Assembly (NCBI GenBank): GCA_963737905.1
Contig: CAVTUQ010000007.1
Location: forward strand, 384,001-448,000
From: an uncultured delta proteobacterium
Lineage (GTDB): Bacteria; Desulfobacterota; Binatia; UBA9968
Direction: 5' to 3'
Length of the DNA: 64,000 nucleotides
A program made the position numbers and the translations under genes. Below, one piece after another: positions 1 through 10,115 of the stretch (positions are counted from its first letter, which is position 1; the number at the start of each line of letters is the position of its first letter). The notes beneath the pieces were generated by a model. It had not been told where the DNA came from. It ran no database searches and saw nothing but the letters and a program-made list of their open reading frames with translations.

Positions 1-659
1 ACCTCCAACTCGAACTCTTTCCAACCGAGGACAGACTCTTCGATCAAAACTTCATGCACGGGTGAGATACTGAGGCCCGCCTGGACAACCTCTTTGAAGT
101 CTTGTGGCCCGAAGGCAAAATTACCGCCGCTGCCGCCGAGGGTACGCGAGGCCCGGATGATGACGGGAAAATTCAGCCGTTTCTGGATGCGCATGGCATC
201 CTTCATGCTCCTTGCGTATCCGCTGCGGGGAAGGTCCAGGCCGGCTTTGCGCATGGCCGATTTAAAAAGATCTCGATCTTCCGCCTTTTTGATCGAATCG
301 AGCTTCGCGCCGATCATCTCGACACCGTAGCGATCCAGAATGCCACGCTCGGCCAGGTCGATGGCAAGGTTGAGCGCTGTTTGCCCTCCAAGAGTTGGCA
401 GCAGCACATCGGGGCGTTCCTTTTGAATAATCTTCTCGACGATATCCGTGGTGATCGGTTCGATATACGTCCGATCGGCGAAGCCGGGGTCGGTCATGAT
501 AGTTGCGGGATTCGAATTGACCAGAATAACTCGATAACCCTCTTCCTTGAGTGCTTTCAGTGCCTGGGTGCCCGAATAGTCGAATTCGCAGGCCTGTCCA
601 ATAATAATTGGCCCGGAACCAATGAGGAGAATGGATTTGATGTCGGTGCGTTTGGGCAT
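1..659 (-). CDS. carB: Carbamoyl-phosphate synthase large subunit, N-terminal part (runs off left edge)
   Basis: Manual minus-strand translation from ATG at 659: [41 protein letters not shown]..., the canonical CarB N-terminus; directly downstream of carA. Not in ORF track because it has no stop in the window. Confidence 0.97.
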   Translation of the reverse strand, partial: MPKRTDIKSILLIGSGPIIIGQACEFDYSGTQALKALKEEGYRVILVNSNPATIMTDPGFADRTYIEPITTDIVEKIIQKERPDVLLPTLGGQTALNLAIDLAERGILDRYGVEMIGAKLDSIKKAEDRDLFKSAMRKAGLDLPRSGYARSMKDAMRIQKRLNFPVIIRASRTLGGSGGNFAFGPQDFKEVVQAGLSISPVHEVLIEESVLGWKEFELE

Positions 660-668
660 GGATTGCTT

Positions 669-1838
669 TTACGCGCGGTGCCTCGCCATCAAATCCATGA
701 AGCGACGGAAGAGATAATTCGCGTCATGCGGTCCCGGCGAAGATTCGGGATGATACTGCACGGAAAAGATGGGCAGGTCCCGGTGCGCTAAGCCCTCCAC
801 TGTGTTGTCATTGAGGTTTAGATGCGTCACCTCCGCCGCCCCTTTGAGGGAATCGGCGTCCACCGCGAAACCGTGGTTCTGTGCGGTGATTTCTACTTTC
901 CGCGTCGTCAGGTCCATCACTGGTTGATTGCCGCCATGGTGACCGAACTTGAGCTTGTAGGTCTTGCCGCCCAGGGCGAGCCCCATGATCTGATGACCGA
1001 GGCATATCCCGAAAATCGGCTTTTTGCCGATCAACTTCTGGACATTCTCTTTGGCGTAGGGCACAGCATCAGGATCACCGGGGCCGTTGGAAAGAAAAAT
1101 GCCGTCGGGATTCATCGCCAGCACGTCTTCGGCTGGCATCGCAGCCGGAACTACTTTCACCCGACAACCCGACTCGGCCAGGTTGCGGAGAATGTTGAAC
1201 TTGATCCCATAATCGTAGGCCACGACAAAAAAAGCGGGAGCCCGAAAGGAGCCCGCTTTCTTACCTCTCCTCTTCGTGGCAACGTCGCGCTTTTTGTAAC
1301 CCTCTCCCAGATCCCACATCCCTTCATTCCAATCATAGGAGTTCCCACAGGTCACGTTGCGTACCAGATCGAGTCCAACGAGTCCGGGGGATCCGTTAGC
1401 TTTGGCGACGAGCGCATTGGAATCACTCTCTGATGTGGAAATGATCGCCTCTTGCGAGCCGTGATCACGCAGATGACGCACAAGGGAGCGCGTGTCGATA
1501 CCTTCGATGCCCACGATTCCATGACGTTTCATGTATTCATGAAGCGGTTCGCTAGAGCGCCAGTTGCTGGGCTGGAACGTATACTCTTTGACGATGAATC
1601 CTTTCACGAACGGTTGCCTGGATTCGACATCCTCTGGGTTTACGCCGACGTTGCCGATCTGCGGGTAGGTCATCGCCACCAGTTGACCCTCGTAAGACGG
1701 GTCGGTGAGAATTTCCTGATAGCCGGTCATGCTGGTATTGAAAACCACTTCGCCCACCACCTCGCCTTCGGCGCCAAAGGAAAGGCCCTGGTAATACCGG
1801 CCATCGGCGAGTGCTAGTATGGCGGTTCTTCTTGTCAT
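669..1838 (-). CDS. carA: Carbamoyl-phosphate synthase small (glutaminase) subunit
   Basis: [52 protein letters not shown] motifs; start at 1838 gives an ATGA overlap with the upstream stop. Confidence 0.97.
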   Translation of the reverse strand: MTRRTAILALADGRYYQGLSFGAEGEVVGEVVFNTSMTGYQEILTDPSYEGQLVAMTYPQIGNVGVNPEDVESRQPFVKGFIVKEYTFQPSNWRSSEPLHEYMKRHGIVGIEGIDTRSLVRHLRDHGSQEAIISTSESDSNALVAKANGSPGLVGLDLVRNVTCGNSYDWNEGMWDLGEGYKKRDVATKRRGKKAGSFRAPAFFVVAYDYGIKFNILRNLAESGCRVKVVPAAMPAEDVLAMNPDGIFLSNGPGDPDAVPYAKENVQKLIGKKPIFGICLGHQIMGLALGGKTYKLKFGHHGGNQPVMDLTTRKVEITAQNHGFAVDADSLKGAAEVTHLNLNDNTVEGLAHRDLPIFSVQYHPESSPGPHDANYLFRRFMDLMARHRA

Positions 1839-3766
1839 CGGGCTTTCCATTCTATCGTCTCAGTCGGGCTGATGATCGAATAAATCACCACCTTATCTTT
1901 CTCGTCGTGCTCCGCCTCGCGCAATTTCACCCGCACTCGCTCTCGTTCTGAGCTTGGGATGTTCTTGCCGACATAATTCGGTCGCACCGGTAGTTCTCTG
2001 TGCCCACGATCGATCAACACAGCCAGGCGCACCGATTGCGGGCGGCCCGATCTGAAAATAATCGTCAGCGCGTTTTTGACAGTTCTCCCGGTATAGATGA
2101 CATCATCAACCAAAATGATCGTTCGATCCTTTAGGCTCATCGGACCGGCTTCGGTGTCGTTGGGTGAGATTCTTCGAAGCTCGTCGCCGGAACCATAAAT
2201 TTCGATCTCGCCCACTTCCGGTTTGCGCTTCTGTTGGTGCTCCAACTCCGTGGCAATCCGTTGCGCGAGCAAGGAGCCCTTGGTACGAATGCCGAGGATG
2301 AGCAGTCGATCGAGATCGTTGTGGTCCCGCGCGATCTGCCGGCTGATTTCCTTCACGGCCGATTGAATTTCATCCTCGTCCATGACGGTTCTCTGGGGCC
2401 CGCTTTTATACGGCTCGTAACCTAATTCTTCCGCTTCTTTGATGGAATTGAAGATCGCCAGCTCTTTTTTCTTTAGCCATTCCTTGACCGTGTCGGCCAA
2501 TCCGGTGTGATAGGTGCAATAACGCTTGGACTTCACGTGGCCGACGAGCTGCACCCTGAAACGATGATCGCAGTAAATGCAGCGCAGCATCAAGGCCCCG
2601 CCGGCCCCGGAGAAAAGAATATCAAATCTCTTCCGCGTGGAGACCGCTTCCGTGACGGTAATGCAATTGACGTTGGCACATTGCGGGCCGAATCGTTCAG
2701 GACTCTCATACCGGGCCCTGTTTCGTTTGCCTGATGTTTCTTTGCCTTCACGGTGGTTAAAAAGAAATTTGAGCAGAGCCATTCGGACCGGAACACCGTA
2801 GGCCGCCTGTTTGAAGTAAATTCCTCTGCGGTCTTTATCGACCTCCGGGGAAAGCTCATCCACGCGGGGCAGCGGATGCATGACCACTGTATTCTTGAAG
2901 CGTTGTTCGCGAAGAAATCCGGGACCGATGGTCGGATAGCTCCCACCGGTCGTCCCCTCCTTCATGCGCTCCTTTTGCTTTCGCGTCATGTAAAACGCGT
3001 CATAGCGCAAACCGGAAACCATTGAGCTCAAGCGGCTTTGAACGGCTAAATCGACCTCAGTAAAAAGAGCCAACTGATGAGGCTGCTTAGGGGTCAAATA
3101 AAGGGCGTCGGTCTCGGTTACAACGGCGCTTAGATCATCGGAGGCGACCGGCGCCAATGAATAACCGTATTCCCTCTCCAGACGTTCGAGCACGTATTGC
3201 GGGAGTTCCATGCCATTGGCCGCGAGCGTCACTATGTTCGCTTCGAAGCGAGCAAGGGCGCAAACAAGAGAATGTATCGTTCTGCCGTTTTTAAGGTCGC
3301 CGCAGATCACGACCGTTAGGCCCTTCAGTTCGCCTTTTTCCTTTTTCAGGGTGTACAGATCGCAGAGGGTCTGCGTCGGATGCTCGTGAGCCCCGTCTCC
3401 GGCATTGATCACAGGGACATCGGCATACTCGGCCATGGCTTGCACGGCCCCGTCCCAGTAATGGCGTACCACGAGCACGTCTGCGTAACTCGAAACGACC
3501 CGGGCGGTGTCGGCAACCGTTTCGCCCTTCGCTGTCGATGAAGCTCGCATATCCGAACAGCTGATCACCGAGCCGCCGAGACGTTGCATGGCCGACTCGA
3601 AGGAAAGCCGCGTGCGGGTGCTGGGTTCGTAAAAGAGCGTAGCCATAATCTGCCCAACGGCCACTTTGTCGCTCCTGAGCTTGGGCGCGGAATCCGCCAG
3701 ATCGAAAATCTCCTCGATCTCGTCATTGCTCAGATCAGCAATCGATATAAGGTTTCGCCAGGACAT
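1835..3766 (-). CDS. pyrB: Aspartate carbamoyltransferase fused to PyrI-like Zn-binding domain and C-terminal PyrR/PRTase domain
   Basis: ATCase motifs [41 protein letters not shown]; then CANVNCIT...RCIYCD (PyrI_C-like); then GIRTKG...[11 protein letters not shown]...[19 protein letters not shown] (PyrR). One 643-aa ORF. Confidence 0.9.
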   Translation of the reverse strand: MSWRNLISIADLSNDEIEEIFDLADSAPKLRSDKVAVGQIMATLFYEPSTRTRLSFESAMQRLGGSVISCSDMRASSTAKGETVADTARVVSSYADVLVVRHYWDGAVQAMAEYADVPVINAGDGAHEHPTQTLCDLYTLKKEKGELKGLTVVICGDLKNGRTIHSLVCALARFEANIVTLAANGMELPQYVLERLEREYGYSLAPVASDDLSAVVTETDALYLTPKQPHQLALFTEVDLAVQSRLSSMVSGLRYDAFYMTRKQKERMKEGTTGGSYPTIGPGFLREQRFKNTVVMHPLPRVDELSPEVDKDRRGIYFKQAAYGVPVRMALLKFLFNHREGKETSGKRNRARYESPERFGPQCANVNCITVTEAVSTRKRFDILFSGAGGALMLRCIYCDHRFRVQLVGHVKSKRYCTYHTGLADTVKEWLKKKELAIFNSIKEAEELGYEPYKSGPQRTVMDEDEIQSAVKEISRQIARDHNDLDRLLILGIRTKGSLLAQRIATELEHQQKRKPEVGEIEIYGSGDELRRISPNDTEAGPMSLKDRTIILVDDVIYTGRTVKNALTIIFRSGRPQSVRLAVLIDRGHRELPVRPNYVGKNIPSSERERVRVKLREAEHDEKDKVVIYSIISPTETIEWKAR

Positions 3767-3777
3767 CGTCTGAATCT

Positions 3778-4335
3778 TTACACCGCGGTTTTTGTCTTCC
3801 AGCGGACGACGGCAACTCGGTCGATCCCATCACATTCTTCAAGCATCACATTAATTCTTTCATCTTCCCCTGCCTCCACATTCTTGCCGACAATATCCGC
3901 TCGAATCGGCAGCTCCCGGGCGCCGCGATCTATCAGAACAGCAACCAGGATGCGCTTCGGCTGTCCAAGCCGGCCAACAGCTTCCAGGGCCGCCCGGATC
4001 GTGCGGCCACGAAAGATCACGTCATCTACCAATACAACGGTCTTGTCGTCGACAGCGACCGGAACTTCAAAAGGGACGACGGCCGCAGCGGCCAAGTCAT
4101 GGGTTCGGTCATCTCGATATTGACTAATGTCGATGACGCCGACGGGAGGAATCGTTTTGGTGACCGCCTCGATCTTTCTCGCTATGCGCCGGGCCAGATG
4201 CACGCCGCGGGAACGAATGCCGATGAGCGCCAGCTCGTTGGGGGTCGTTGTTTTCTCGACGACCTCATGGGCCATACGGCTGAGGGTTCTACTCAGTTCC
4301 TCTGGCTCTAACAAAATCTGTGTCTCTTGGGTCAT
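3778..4335 (-). CDS. pyrR: Pyrimidine operon attenuation protein / uracil phosphoribosyltransferase PyrR
   Basis: GIRSRG, DISQYRDD, VLVDDVIFRGRTIRAAL, DRGARELPIRADIVGKNV; first gene of the pyr/car operon. Confidence 0.9.
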   Translation of the reverse strand: MTQETQILLEPEELSRTLSRMAHEVVEKTTTPNELALIGIRSRGVHLARRIARKIEAVTKTIPPVGVIDISQYRDDRTHDLAAAAVVPFEVPVAVDDKTVVLVDDVIFRGRTIRAALEAVGRLGQPKRILVAVLIDRGARELPIRADIVGKNVEAGEDERINVMLEECDGIDRVAVVRWKTKTAV

Positions 4336-4339
4336 GATC

Positions 4340-4374
4340 AAAAAAAAGACCCCCTCGGGAATCCGAGAGAGTCT
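4340..4374 (-). terminator. Attenuator terminator hairpin in the pyr leader
   Basis: Minus strand AGACTCTCTCGG-ATTC-CCGAGGGGGTCT followed by a run of Ts immediately before the pyrR start. Confidence 0.8.
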
Positions 4375-4413
4375 AATGCATTACCGTCTATTAGGATTAC
4401 TTTCGTCATGCAA

Positions 4414-4446
4414 CCTTTTCCGATCTCACAGGATCGAGTTAAAAGG
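4414..4446 (-). promoter_or_regulatory. PyrR-binding RNA element (RF00515-like)
   Basis: Minus strand CCTTTTAA-CTCGATCCTGTGAGATCG-GAAAAGG resembles the CCUUUAA...UCCNGNGAG...AAGG PyrR binding loop; lies upstream of a terminator and pyrR. Confidence 0.8.
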
Positions 4447-4511
4447 AATAATCTTTTGTAGCGTGCGCGGCAGTGAAAGTCAATTGGGATCGCATGCGAA
4501 GGTAGTAACTC

Positions 4512-4577
4512 ATCTCCTTCACTTCGTTCAGAATGGACAACCAGTCAAATGTCATTCTGAGCAGAGCGAAGAATCTT
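4512..4577. repeat. Inverted pair of REP-like palindromes (GTCAT...GAAGAATCT type)
   Basis: ATCTCCTTCACTTCGTTCAGAATGGACA / TGTCATTCTGAGCAGAGCGAAGAATCT; same family as the repeats flanking the GIY-YIG gene at 41.3-41.7 kb. Confidence 0.7.
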
Positions 4578-4629
4578 TCTTTGTCCGGTTCAGTTTAACC
4601 GGCTGCCGTTCGCAAACGAGTCACTAGCT

Positions 4630-5125
4630 TTACACGGGCAATTCGATGATCTCAGCGTTGATTTGCTTATTTTGAATGAAAAGCCTTCCCACCGCGACGG
4701 GCAATTTGAATCGTCTCGGTCCGGCGCTTCCGGGATTCAAGTAGAGAACACCGTTGCGTGTCGATACTGAAGGGTTGTGGGAATGGCCGCTGACGACGAC
4801 CTGATAGCCTCGCGCGGCGGGATCGCAATCCAGCTCCTTCACGTTGTGAATGATGAACAGCCGCTTACCGCCCGCCCGTACCAACTTGGTATCCGGTAAA
4901 GGCTTGGCCCAAATTCCCGTATCGTTATTTCCTTTGATGGCGACCACCGGAGCAACGACTTTCAAGGCGCTCAATGACTTCGGGCTTTCCGATGTCGCCG
5001 GCGTGGAGAATAAGCTCGACGCCCTGAAGAGCCTCGAGAGCCTGCGGCCGTATCAAGCCATGGGTGTCGGAAATAAGGCCGATCACATGGAGATCGATTT
5101 GCTTTTTTGTTCGTGCACGAGACAA
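4630..5125 (-). CDS. YfcE/MJ0936-type metallophosphoesterase (split by a frameshift)
   Basis: GLISDTHG...LHAGDIG in ORF 4925..5125 continues as KGNND...IIH...SGHSH...LNPGSAGPRRF in ORF 4630..4974. Confidence 0.85.
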
Positions 5126-5205
5126 AAGAAACTCGTCAAGTAATAATTGGGTTGATTTGAGTTTTGCGGTGACCCTATACTAACTTTGACAAGTAGGGAG
5201 GTGTT

Positions 5206-5713
5206 ATGTTCCCTCATCTCAAAGGCTTCAGTCTTCAACAGTGGATCGATGAGAACCGCGGCAACTGGGGACAGCGCAGAGTCATTTGGGAAAATTCGGA
5301 CTTCATTGCTTTTGTTACCCGAGGTCCCAACCGGCGCAAAGATTTTCACATCAACCCTGGAGATGAGATCTTCTACCAACTCGAAGGCGAACTCAATCTC
5401 CATTATCTTGGGAAGGATGGTAAATCGGAGCTCGCTCGTTTTAAAGGCCGGGGACTTATTTCTTCTGCCGGCCAACATTCCCCATTCGCCGCGGCGCGCC
5501 GACGGTTCGTGGACCTTTGTCGTCGAGCGAACACGCCAAGCGAAGGAGCAGGACCGGTTTATCTGGATTTGCGAAGAGTGCGGCGATACGTTGCACGAGA
5601 CCACCGTCCGTTTCGACGAACCCTCCGACGCGGTTGCCACAGCAACCGCTGCGATGAAGGCCGACCCCAAGCTGGCCACCTGTAATCGGTGCGGAGGGAT
5701 TTTGGAGTTATGA
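5206..5713 (+). CDS. nbaC: 3-hydroxyanthranilate 3,4-dioxygenase (frameshift near 5435)
   Basis: RGPNRRKDFHINPGDEIFYQLEG (frame 1) joined to FLLPANIPHSPRR...WICEECG...TCNRCG (frame 2): 3-HAO cupin with rubredoxin-like Cys pairs; RBS GGAGG upstream. Confidence 0.88.
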
Positions 5714-5718
5714 AAGTT

Positions 5719-5827
5719 CGTCATGCCCCGGAAGGCATGTCCTGAGCCGCGTCGAAGGGCGGGCATCCAGGTCGCAAGCACGGGGCAAAAGTTTTTGAGA
5801 CTGGATTCCGTTTTCACGGGAATGACG
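5719..5827. repeat. CGTC-type REP inverted pair with a nested second REP (CCTGAGCCGCGTCGAAGGG)
   Basis: CGTCATGCCCCGGAAGGC...GGGCATCCAG ... CTGGATTCCGTTTTCACGGGAATGACG between convergent genes. Confidence 0.7.
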
Positions 5828-5850
5828 GCGGATTACGAAGGTGCTTCGGA

Positions 5851-8178
5851 TCACAAATCTTTTTTCTGGCAGACTAACCAGCTTGCTGCTTTGCTTGTAA
5901 TTGCCCGCCAAACATTAGGCGGTGTTAACGGTAGTGTTTGGATTCTTACTCCAACGGCTCGCGACACCGCGTTGGCGATGGCCGATGCCACTGGAAGCAG
6001 CCCACCTTCACCGAGCCCTTTCGAACCGAACGGGCCCGGGCCATTGCCGTTTTCGATCAGGATCGTTTGCAAGTGTTGCGGTAGGTCTTCAAACATAGGC
6101 ACTCGATAATCAACGAGATTGGGATTCAATAACTGGCCATCCTCGTAAACCATTTCCTCCATCAAGGTATGGCCGATGCCAAACATTACGGCGCCCTCAT
6201 CTTGACCGATACACTGATCGGGGTTGATGGCCTTGCCGGCATCTGCCGCTGAGACGTATTTGAGTAGACGAATCACCCCGGTTTCTGGATCTACTTCGAC
6301 TTCGACAGCGCCCCAGCCGATCTCCCAAAACGTTGTCGTGGAACCCAAGATCGCCTTTTTGCTCCTTTTGTCTTTATAGAGCCCTTTACCTATGATTTCT
6401 CCCGCTTTGCTGCCAAAAAAATCTACAATCACTTTACCATAAGGAACACCTTCGCCCTCGCCTAAATGAACTTTTCCCTGGTGAAGCGCGAGGTGATCAA
6501 CTTTTTGTTTCAGCACTTTCGCGGCGCACTGGAGCAATTGCTTTTTTGCGTCCTGCGCCGCCCGTTGCACCGCTGTGCCCATGACAACCATCGAACTGCT
6601 CGCACTCGTGGAGATATCGTAGGGTGTCATGTCGGTATCGAGTTGCGCCACGGTGATTTGATCCAGGTTTATGGCAAGCTCCTCTGCCACGACTTGGCTG
6701 AGCGCCGTTCGCGGGCCCTGGCCCACTTCGACAGTACCGGTGAGAAGCACCACGCTGCCGTCCGACGACATTTTCACCGTAGCGCCGGCAACTTTGTAAG
6801 TCCCGCCGGCGTCTTTCATGCAGCAGCTGATGCCTTTCGCACTATTGGGTTTCGTGCTCTTCTGCCGCCAATTGATGGCGTCGGCAACTTTCACTAGACC
6901 TTCCTTCAGATCGCAATCCACCGGAGTGTCACCCGCAGTGTAAAGATCGCCCTTCTTGAGGAGGTTTTTGACGCGAAAGTCCAAAGGATCGATACCAAGC
7001 CGCTCGGCAATCATGTCCATTTGAGATTCATAGGCCCAGGTCACCTGCAGCGCGCCAAAACCTCGGAACGCACCCGCCGGAACCGTATTTGTATAAACCC
7101 CGTAAGCTTCAACCTTTGCCTGAGGGGTTTTGTAAGGGCCTAAAGAACGGTAGCCAGCTTTCTGTGTTACCCGAGGTCCCGCGTCGGCATAGGCTCCGGT
7201 GTCCATATAGACTTGGCATTCTCGAGCGACCAACCGACCGTCTTTCGTCACTCCGGTCTTAACCGTTACCCGCGCCGGATGGCGAGTCACGGTCTTGAAG
7301 CTTTCGCTGACGGATAGTGCGAGCTTTACCGGCCGCTGGGTCTTCCACGACAGCGCCGCTGCGATGGGCTCCGCCTTGACGTAGAGCTTGCCGCCGTATC
7401 CTCCGCCCACATAGGGAACGATAACCCGAACGCGGCTAAGCGGCAGCCGAAAGATTCCCGACAAATGGTCCCGGAGTGTAAACGGATCCTGGCATGAGGC
7501 CCAAACTGTAAGCTTATCGCCATCATAGTAGGCAATGTTAATGTGCGGCTCTAAGGAATAGTGCTGTACCTTCTGGAATCGAAATGTGTCCTCGAACACA
7601 AAATCAGACTCAGCGAAACCTTTCTCCACATCGCCGCGATTGAATCCAAGGTAATAACAAATATTGGTGCCATTAAATCTTTCAGGCGTCCCGTAAACCG
7701 AGCCGCGCAGCTCCGCCCGGGCGACGTCGCCTTCGTGGACCTGGATGGCACCCGGCCGGATGGCTTCTTCTATATCCGTAACCTTGGGCAACTCGTCGTA
7801 TTCCACTTCGATAAGATCCAAAGCTTCGTCCGCAAGCGCCGGGTCTTCGGCGACAACGGCAGCCACCGGATCGCCGACGTATCTCACCTTGTCCACAGCG
7901 ACGATGGATTGATCTTTGTAGGTCGCGCCGTATTTGTAATTGAATTCCTTGATGTCGTCTCGGGTGAGAGTGGCGATGACGCCGGTCAACTGTTGGGCCT
8001 TGGAAGCATCCACTTTCACCAAGCGGGCATGCGCCACGGGGCTGCGCAGAATCTTGGCGTAGGCCATCCCGGGCAACTGCAGATCGCCGGTATAGAGCGC
8101 CTTGCCGGTGACTTTTTCGATGCCGTCGACCCGGCGCGCATTTTTCCCGGCAACGTTGAAGCTATGCGTCGTTTTCAT
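5851..8178 (-). CDS. Xanthine dehydrogenase/CoxL-family molybdopterin-binding large subunit
   Basis: KVTGKALYTGD, VGGGYGGK, AFRGFGA, EVGQG, GPFGSKGLGEG motifs; 775 aa. Confidence 0.93.
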   Translation of the reverse strand: MKTTHSFNVAGKNARRVDGIEKVTGKALYTGDLQLPGMAYAKILRSPVAHARLVKVDASKAQQLTGVIATLTRDDIKEFNYKYGATYKDQSIVAVDKVRYVGDPVAAVVAEDPALADEALDLIEVEYDELPKVTDIEEAIRPGAIQVHEGDVARAELRGSVYGTPERFNGTNICYYLGFNRGDVEKGFAESDFVFEDTFRFQKVQHYSLEPHINIAYYDGDKLTVWASCQDPFTLRDHLSGIFRLPLSRVRVIVPYVGGGYGGKLYVKAEPIAAALSWKTQRPVKLALSVSESFKTVTRHPARVTVKTGVTKDGRLVARECQVYMDTGAYADAGPRVTQKAGYRSLGPYKTPQAKVEAYGVYTNTVPAGAFRGFGALQVTWAYESQMDMIAERLGIDPLDFRVKNLLKKGDLYTAGDTPVDCDLKEGLVKVADAINWRQKSTKPNSAKGISCCMKDAGGTYKVAGATVKMSSDGSVVLLTGTVEVGQGPRTALSQVVAEELAINLDQITVAQLDTDMTPYDISTSASSSMVVMGTAVQRAAQDAKKQLLQCAAKVLKQKVDHLALHQGKVHLGEGEGVPYGKVIVDFFGSKAGEIIGKGLYKDKRSKKAILGSTTTFWEIGWGAVEVEVDPETGVIRLLKYVSAADAGKAINPDQCIGQDEGAVMFGIGHTLMEEMVYEDGQLLNPNLVDYRVPMFEDLPQHLQTILIENGNGPGPFGSKGLGEGGLLPVASAIANAVSRAVGVRIQTLPLTPPNVWRAITSKAASWLVCQKKDL

Positions 8179-8420
8179 TCAATGGAGGCTCAGATAACAA
8201 ACGGCCCGGTACCTTCGGCGCGGTGGCTGATGGCGCTACTTACGAATCTTCGGACTGTCTTTTTCCGGAAAATAGAGATTGCAGTACGGACAATGAAAAT
8301 CCATTCCCGAACCTAACATATGCGGATTGACAACAAATATTTTCTTGCACGTTGGACATGTAACTTCTACTGCCTGACCCATCGCCTACCTCGCAATCAT
8401 CTTGATTTTGAAAAATTCAA

Positions 8421-8480
8421 TTAACCGCAAAGAACACATAGACCTCTTTCCTCTGCGTCCTTTGCGTTCTCTGCGGTAAA
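8421..8480. repeat. Imperfect ACCGCA(G)AG...CTCTGCGGT hairpin repeat (type often seen next to GxxExxY genes)
   Basis: TTAACCGCAAAGAACACA ... CTCTGCGTCCTTTGCGTTCTCTGCGGTAAA; relatives at 36682-36791 and 59236-59320. Confidence 0.55.
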
Positions 8481-8509
8481 ATTCTTCTCTTCTCTCTTTT
8501 GTTTCGCAA

Positions 8510-9955
8510 TTACGCCCAGTACGTGGTTCGGTCGGTTGGAATATGCTGGAGCACCTCTCCAGGTACGTAATCTTCCAACTTGATGCGCGCCATTGCATCA
8601 TCCGGGCACTTGGATACCGGCGAGAATGGCCGATCCAAAGGCCTGGTCGCGTCGACGATCATGCCGGAGGTCTTGATCTCATCCAGTAACGAAGGATCCA
8701 AAAAGTTGCCGCGGAACAACGGCTGAAGGATCGACACCTGCTTGTGCGGTTGCACGCGCGTGGCAAACGCCCAGAGAATATCGGTCGGGTTAAACACGTC
8801 AATGTCATCATCGAACACGAACACGTTCTTAGTGTGATCAAAAGTCAGCGCCGCAGCCGCGGCGCGGCCGGGATCGCCCTCCGACATCTTTTTCATCGAG
8901 ATAAAAACATTGTAATGCGCATGGCGCCCCTGTTTACAAACCGCGGTGACACCTGGGACGGCCTCGCGGCAGCGGCGGAGGTAAGCTCCTTCACGCGGCA
9001 GGTCCATCCAGGGCTTATCGCCTTCCGGCGTAATGACTGACTGATACATGGCGCCGTTCCGATAATTGATGGCTTTTATCTGGTACTCGGCGCACGTCGT
9101 ATAGCGTTGGGGCCCAAGATAGCCCGGCGCCTCGCCGAAGGGTCCCTCAACCACCCGTTTGTTCGGGATCAACACTCCTTCGATGACGATCTCCGCATCG
9201 GCTGGAATCAAAAGATCCTCGCCGAAGGTTTCCGACGGCGTCAAACGGAGCGGCTCGCCCAGGTAACCCCCAATAACGTCGTACTCACTGACTTCGAACG
9301 GGCCGCTGTAACAGGCGCCCATGTGGAACGCCGGATGATGGCCGAGAACGGTCGCAACGGGCATTTCCTCGTTGCGCGACTCATAATCGCGGTAAATCTT
9401 CCAGAGATGACGCGGCGAAGCGTACAGCGCGGTGGTGTTCTTCGACTTGACCTCCATACGGTGGTACGAACAGTTGTAAATCCCGCTTTTCTTGTCTTTG
9501 GTCACGGTCGATAAAACGATATAGGGCCCGCCGTCCATCTCGTGGTGGCGCATGATGGGAATTTCATAAAGATCCACTTCTTTCCCGGTCATGACGTTTT
9601 CCTTAACCGGAGCGCTCCTCTTGTCCACGATGGTGGGAGGAATGCGATGTTCTTCCATTTCCAGACACTTTTCGGCCATCTCGGGACGGCTTGACGACCT
9701 CGGCATGCCCAAAGCGATCTGCGCCTTTCCCTGGGAGATTTCGCAGTTCATCGTTAGCTTGATCGGCCCGATTTTACCGTTAAGATTCAACGGCTTATCA
9801 AAGATGATGATCGGAAATTTTTTCTGCGCGCCAAGATGTTTGATGATCGCCGTGACGTCGTAATTAGCCGGATTGACTTCTTTGCTGATGTGAATCACTT
9901 CACCGGGAAGCTCCCGTTGGCAGTCTTCGATAAAGGTCCTCAGGCTCTTAGGCAT
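8510..9955 (-). CDS. UbiD-family (prFMN-dependent) decarboxylase
   Basis: HEMDGGPYI, YNCSYHR, IPADAEIVIEG, EGPFGEAPGY, FDDDIDVFNPTDILWAFATR motifs. Confidence 0.93.
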   Translation of the reverse strand: MPKSLRTFIEDCQRELPGEVIHISKEVNPANYDVTAIIKHLGAQKKFPIIIFDKPLNLNGKIGPIKLTMNCEISQGKAQIALGMPRSSSRPEMAEKCLEMEEHRIPPTIVDKRSAPVKENVMTGKEVDLYEIPIMRHHEMDGGPYIVLSTVTKDKKSGIYNCSYHRMEVKSKNTTALYASPRHLWKIYRDYESRNEEMPVATVLGHHPAFHMGACYSGPFEVSEYDVIGGYLGEPLRLTPSETFGEDLLIPADAEIVIEGVLIPNKRVVEGPFGEAPGYLGPQRYTTCAEYQIKAINYRNGAMYQSVITPEGDKPWMDLPREGAYLRRCREAVPGVTAVCKQGRHAHYNVFISMKKMSEGDPGRAAAAALTFDHTKNVFVFDDDIDVFNPTDILWAFATRVQPHKQVSILQPLFRGNFLDPSLLDEIKTSGMIVDATRPLDRPFSPVSKCPDDAMARIKLEDYVPGEVLQHIPTDRTTYWA

Positions 9956-10115
9956 GTAATCCCTCCAAAAATATTATGAAAAATTTTATGCAAAAGATTT
10001 ATCCAAAGCTCCGAATTTTGTCAATCGAGGTATCTTTGATGATCTCCGTGATTCTGATTTCGAATTGAACAATGCCTTTCCGAGGATCTTGTTATCGCGC
10101 CCGACGACCGCGATC

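Noticed and set aside
8195-8245. GCTGATGGCGCTAC resembling the 3' end of a fluoride riboswitch
   Set aside because: Wrong strand for the adjacent gene, and the 5' GGCGATGG..TTCGCC element is missing.
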